A stretch of 37,888 nucleotides of DNA. Source: Callorhinchus milii. Lineage: Eukaryota. This document shows positions 33,572 to 37,888 of this stretch, piece by piece. Position numbers and translations under genes: made by a program. The first letter of the stretch is position 1. Each line of letters opens with the position of its first letter. The notes below the pieces were generated by a model. It made no database searches and was not told the DNA's origin. It was given only the letters and a program-made list of their open reading frames with translations. The DNA lies in NCBI RefSeq assembly GCF_018977255.1, contig NW_024705514.1, forward strand, positions 1 through 37,888, given 5' to 3'.

Positions 33572-34594
33572 CATGTTTTGTCCAACTAATGTTCGAGTTA
33601 TGTATTTTTTTTTTAAATGCATAAAGTCTTCAACAAACAATTAACTTAAACTTTTATTTCGTGACATTTATTTGAAAGAAAGAAATGTACAAAAAAAAAC
33701 TACAGTTTTATTGGTGAAGATCAAAGCCATAAATGGAGTCAGCTGTTAATGATGCTATGTATAAAGTGTTCATGAATGGCTTCATACAAGTTTGTTTGGC
33801 GCTACTGTTTCTACTTTATACGTTTTAGAAAAATAGGCAGTATTAAAAATTAACTCTTTGGTCAACACTGGAATAAATCGTTTTTTTTTGGTCAAAAGTG
33901 GCCAGCGTATTGCACGCATTAGTTCTGGATTCAAATTGGTAGTGTTGGTAGAGATTATATTTCTTGGCATTATGTATTAATGCTTTGAAATACTGCAATG
34001 TACTACTCATTCTGACATCATGTTTGGGCCAAAAGTGGGACATGTAAAAAACACACACTTTGTGACAATGTATGAAATACTGTTTGCATCAAATATTGAA
34101 TTCACACATGTTTTGGTCAATGTTGAATAGAATTTTGATAGTGGCTCATAATGTTGCTTTGGAAGCAAAAGTGGCCCAGAGTATTTTTGCTTTTACCTTT
34201 TTAAAAATGAAGCATGGATGATGTTTGTACCCGTTCTTGAATAAATACTTAAAATGTATTGCATTTATGCAACGTAAATGTTTTATTCAATATTTATTAT
34301 TGAAAACACTGCATTGTACGTGTCAATAGCAAGTCGAAGAAGTCATCGCCAGATGCTTATGGTGCCATCACACCTTGTAATCGCACGCTGTTGGAACTGT
34401 CTGAACGTATACTAATGCTACTACTTGTAATGTGATGCAGTATTCGCTCACTCTCGTAGAGTGAGAACAACGCAGAAGCATGAGGAGCCGCAGCCAAGCA
34501 GTGAGCCAGCGCCAACAATTGCCCAGGATCTGTGGTCCTCTATATATAAAGGTGTTAGCCAAATAATGTCTTTACATGTGGATGTAAACCAGAG

Positions 34595-34810
34595 CAGGAG
34601 TATAGTTGTTAGCGCCCTGCGCTACGAACCTGGCGACCTGCTCACAGCCAACACCAGTGACGAATATCTGAACTCGTCCTGGGCCTCCCCTAGGTCGACT
34701 CAGCCTCAAATGAGTACCTGGTGTGGTGTGTAAACATCGCCACTAGAGAGACAAAGGCGGCCGGCCGTGATGCTGGCCACCCACCCACCGCTCGTGCGCC
34801 TTGCCGGCCT
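34595..34810 (+). mobile_element. tRNA-derived SINE with Meta-like core
   Basis: gtatagttgttagcgccctgcgctacgaacctggcgacc head; ggtcgactcagcc..aaatgagtacctgg core. Confidence 0.45.
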
Positions 34811-37013
34811 TCATAGGTGCTCGTTAACAGCTCTTGCCCCAGCAGTCTGTTCAGGCTATACGGGGGATCTTTGTCTTTGTAAACCATGTGTGTAATGTAA
34901 GGGGGGGGGGGAATGCTTTATCCCATACCGACCAAACAGGTGTGAGTCCACATGTATGCTCTACTGCCTTCTCTGGTACGCCAAGGGTATGGCACCTCAC
35001 TGCCCATGGGAAAGGGAGTCTCGAAAATTGTGCGAACCACCCAGACATCAACTCCACATTGCTGGATTACCGGCTACGTGCGTTAGCTACCACCACCCAG
35101 TTGGTCTCTTGGTGAAAAGAAAAATTATTTACACAGTTTTCGCACAAATCAGACTTAATGTCCGTAGTTTTTGACAAACCAAAAACCTGAATGTTTCTTT
35201 AAATAACTAACGATGAGTGTAAAAAGATATTTGGTGATAAAAAAAACCCCGGAAAAAACTACGTACAAATCTGTCAGTTTTTAGTTGAAAATAGGAAACA
35301 CGTGTTGGTTTGGTGTTTTACATAAACTGAAAATAATTACCTTATTCATTGTGAAATTGAGATTTTTTTACAAACCTGTAATTTCGGTCCAAATGGACAT
35401 GATGGGTGTTATTTGAGAAAAAAATATAACATTGAATGTATACATGCTTTACCTAATATATAACAAAAAGTAATTATTACATTTTGTGGGGAAAAAATGT
35501 GAAACATTTAGCTTATTTGACAAACCAAAAATAACGAGCCAAAGTAATTTTGCATGGGCCAATTTTTTTGTTAAACATTCAAGTAATTAAAATGAAGCCA
35601 AATATGACTTTTTATAAATAAACAAAAACAAGTCCTTTCGAAATATTACGTTTGTTAAGATATTGTTGGTGTCTACAAATTCTCACTCCTTTCAAGTCAA
35701 CTTGTTGGCTTTTCACGTCCTCTGTGTCCGCCGCTCGCTCAAAATAACCCCTTCTCAGAAAAAACTTCTGCTCATGTTCGGTTTCGTCATTTTATTTAAC
35801 TCCATCACGAAAAAGACAGCAGCATCCTCCACGAAGCAGTGACCGACTGACTGTTTAGCAGCAAAGATCGCTTAAAAATGGTCCCTTAGCAAAGACGCGT
35901 TTGGTCGGGAATTGGGGAAAAGTGATTTTCAAGCCTGACATGGATATAGCTGAAACACGTGGCTCCTTGTGCATTCACTCGATACAAAACATTCCGGTGC
36001 AATGAAGATCTCCGCCAACTCCACCGCACTGCTGCTGGCTGTAACTCTCTAACGTGCAAACACCGCAGCCCGGTAAGAGTGATGCTGAGCAATACATTTC
36101 GATAACCTATTTCTCCCGGTGATGTTGCAAAATGCATGAACAAGGAAAAGTTCAGCCTGCTCAAAAGGTAAAAATGTCGTACAATAATCGTCACAAATAA
36201 ATTATATAACTCGTGTCATGTTTTCTCTTTCATATATAGTACAGTATTTGCAGTTTTCAAAAAACATGAATGATTCGTGAAATGTGTGGATTGATCTCAT
36301 CGCGGATTTACATATCGAGCTTTCTCAGCCAAAATATAATCACATCGTATATTTATTTCTTAGTATCACTTTCAGAACACGTCTATTGTTACCAGCACCA
36401 CATTGGCATTCCAATGATGCGTCTGTATACACAACCTAGAATATCCCTTATTATTCAGAATGACGTACCGTAAACTCGGAGCGATGAGACGGAAAATAAC
36501 CGTAATTAACACGAGTTACACTGGAACGCAATGTGTCTTGATGTGCGCGTGGTCATGCAAGCGTGTATTGTCTGTTCTTCTTGTGCATGCCTGTTTTACA
36601 GGGAAAAAAAATCACACAAAGCATGTAGAGCTATGAAACCATTAAATACACGCAGAAGACAATTCGGAATTGGCGAATTCACTTGAGGCTCATCTGTCTT
36701 AACATTTGATCCAGACAACTGAGGAGTGGCTTTACCTTCCAGCTGTCTTCCTGGGGATTCAAAGTTTCATGCCGCAAGTGACGGGCACATCTTGCACACA
36801 CACGTGTGTGTGTGTGTTTGTGTCCATCCGGGAGGATCCCACTCCAAAGAGTAGACGCGTACGTTTGTGTACGCGCCAACCGGAGTTGCGTACGCCTTGC
36901 TGAAGGCGTGTGGAGGACACCTCCCGCAACCGGCTTGCGCCACCGCCACAGTCGCAAGCGCGGAGGGCTCCCACTTGCGACGCAGCAGGACTTCTCTTTA
37001 CTGGCGGCGGCCG

Positions 37014-37245
37014 TTACTGGAACGTTGCCCTGACCTTGGCGAGCACCTCGTGCACCTTGCGGGAGTTGCGCTCTGCCGGCTGCCGGTGGTAGTTGGGTTC
37101 GTGCTGCGAGGCTAGCGCCTGCAGGTCGGCGCCGCGGAAGCGGCAGATGCGTGCACGCAGCTGCACCTTCAGTTCCTCGTCGGGCGCCAGGGCGTACGTG
37201 CGACTCTGGAAGGCCGCTATCTGGTGGACCGTCCTTGCCAGTGAC
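37014..37245 (-). CDS. KNDC1: KNDC1 (very-KIND RasGEF) last coding exon
   Basis: SLARTVHQIAAFQSRTYALAPDEELKVQLRARICRFRGADLQALASQHEPNYHRQPAERNSRKVHEVLAKVRATFQ* resembles the human end ..QVHAFQENPY..RIARFSGAD..HSRKIQDKLRRMKATFQ; gtcccag acceptor. Confidence 0.9.
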
Positions 37246-37752
37246 CTGGGACGGCGGAGACAGTGGGTGACGCGGTAGCGGTGACGAACAAAGACGGACG
37301 TTTCAGTTTACAGATGTGAATTGCGCTTGTGATCATGAACTGTTACTGTAATAGTTACGTGTACAAATGACATGCAATTCATATGTAGTTGTATTGCATT
37401 TGTGATTCGTAATTGGTTTCTAAATTACATACCTAAAGGTAATTAGTACCTAATACACAAGATACTGAATTGGTAACTTCTATGTACATTTCCTCCAGTT
37501 ATATGTAATTCTGAATGTATTTTGTCCATCTTTTAAAAAATCCACTTCTGGGTTAGGGCCTCCCCATGCCACGTTGGCCATCTTAGCTGCCTGGTGCTGA
37601 TATCTACACACCACAACAGGCTCAGTTAACCCAGAGGAGGCCCAGGAATAGCTTGAAAGATGCCAACCACCTCGTCGCAGGGCTCGTAACATAGTGTGCA
37701 AATGACTGCACTGCCGCTCCCCGCAATCGGCCCCGCCGATAAGAGTTCGTAC

Positions 37753-37888
37753 CTTAACTTGGGCCACTTGTACATCCTGTTGGCCATTGTGAAACCACCA
37801 ACTTCCAGCTGCTGCACGTGCATGGAGAAGAGGTGAGGGCAGGGGATGGTTGGCTTGGGCCGACTGGTATCGGCCTCCAGTAAGCACT
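37753..37888 (-). CDS. KNDC1: KNDC1 penultimate coding exon (may be cut by the window edge)
   Basis: CLLEADTSRPKPTIPCPHLFSMHVQQLEVGGFTMANRMYKWPKLR vs human MHIQQLETGGFTMTNGAHRWSKLR; AG|gtacga donor, phase 2 matches. Confidence 0.9.

Noticed and set aside
35100..35890. Possible DNA transposon ending tggtccctt
   Set aside because: Matching terminus and TSD not found

Overview
Eukaryotic, vertebrate-like genomic DNA. A lamprey-type jawless vertebrate is my guess, from the divergent vertebrate genes, very GC3-rich exons and abundant Penelope repeats; this is not established. Recognisable genes: the 5' half of GLYR1/NP60 (PWWP domain, - strand, 7 exons, 4814-11643); the last three exons of PLPBP/PROSC (+, 28984-30106), with exons 1-5 not found; and the last two exons of KNDC1 (-, 37014-37888). 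A CpG-island promoter with a ~160-bp CRE/E-box palindrome lies upstream of GLYR1. Head-to-head with GLYR1 I find a chain of in-phase + strand exons (15882-25549) encoding an unidentified Cys-rich protein with a GPI-like C-terminus; one of its introns is a 4.6-kb array of a 38-bp repeat. The rest is transposon-derived: a young 5'-truncated Penelope-like element (RT + GIY-YIG); about 8 short Penelope/retrozyme-type insertions from at least 3 families, with minimal hammerhead ribozymes, inversions and 9-14 bp target-site duplications (TSDs); Helentron/DINE-like elements, one carrying a tRNA-Gly-like module; Gypsy-type solo LTRs; Harbinger-like MITEs; L2 and RTEX-like LINE relics; and SINEs.
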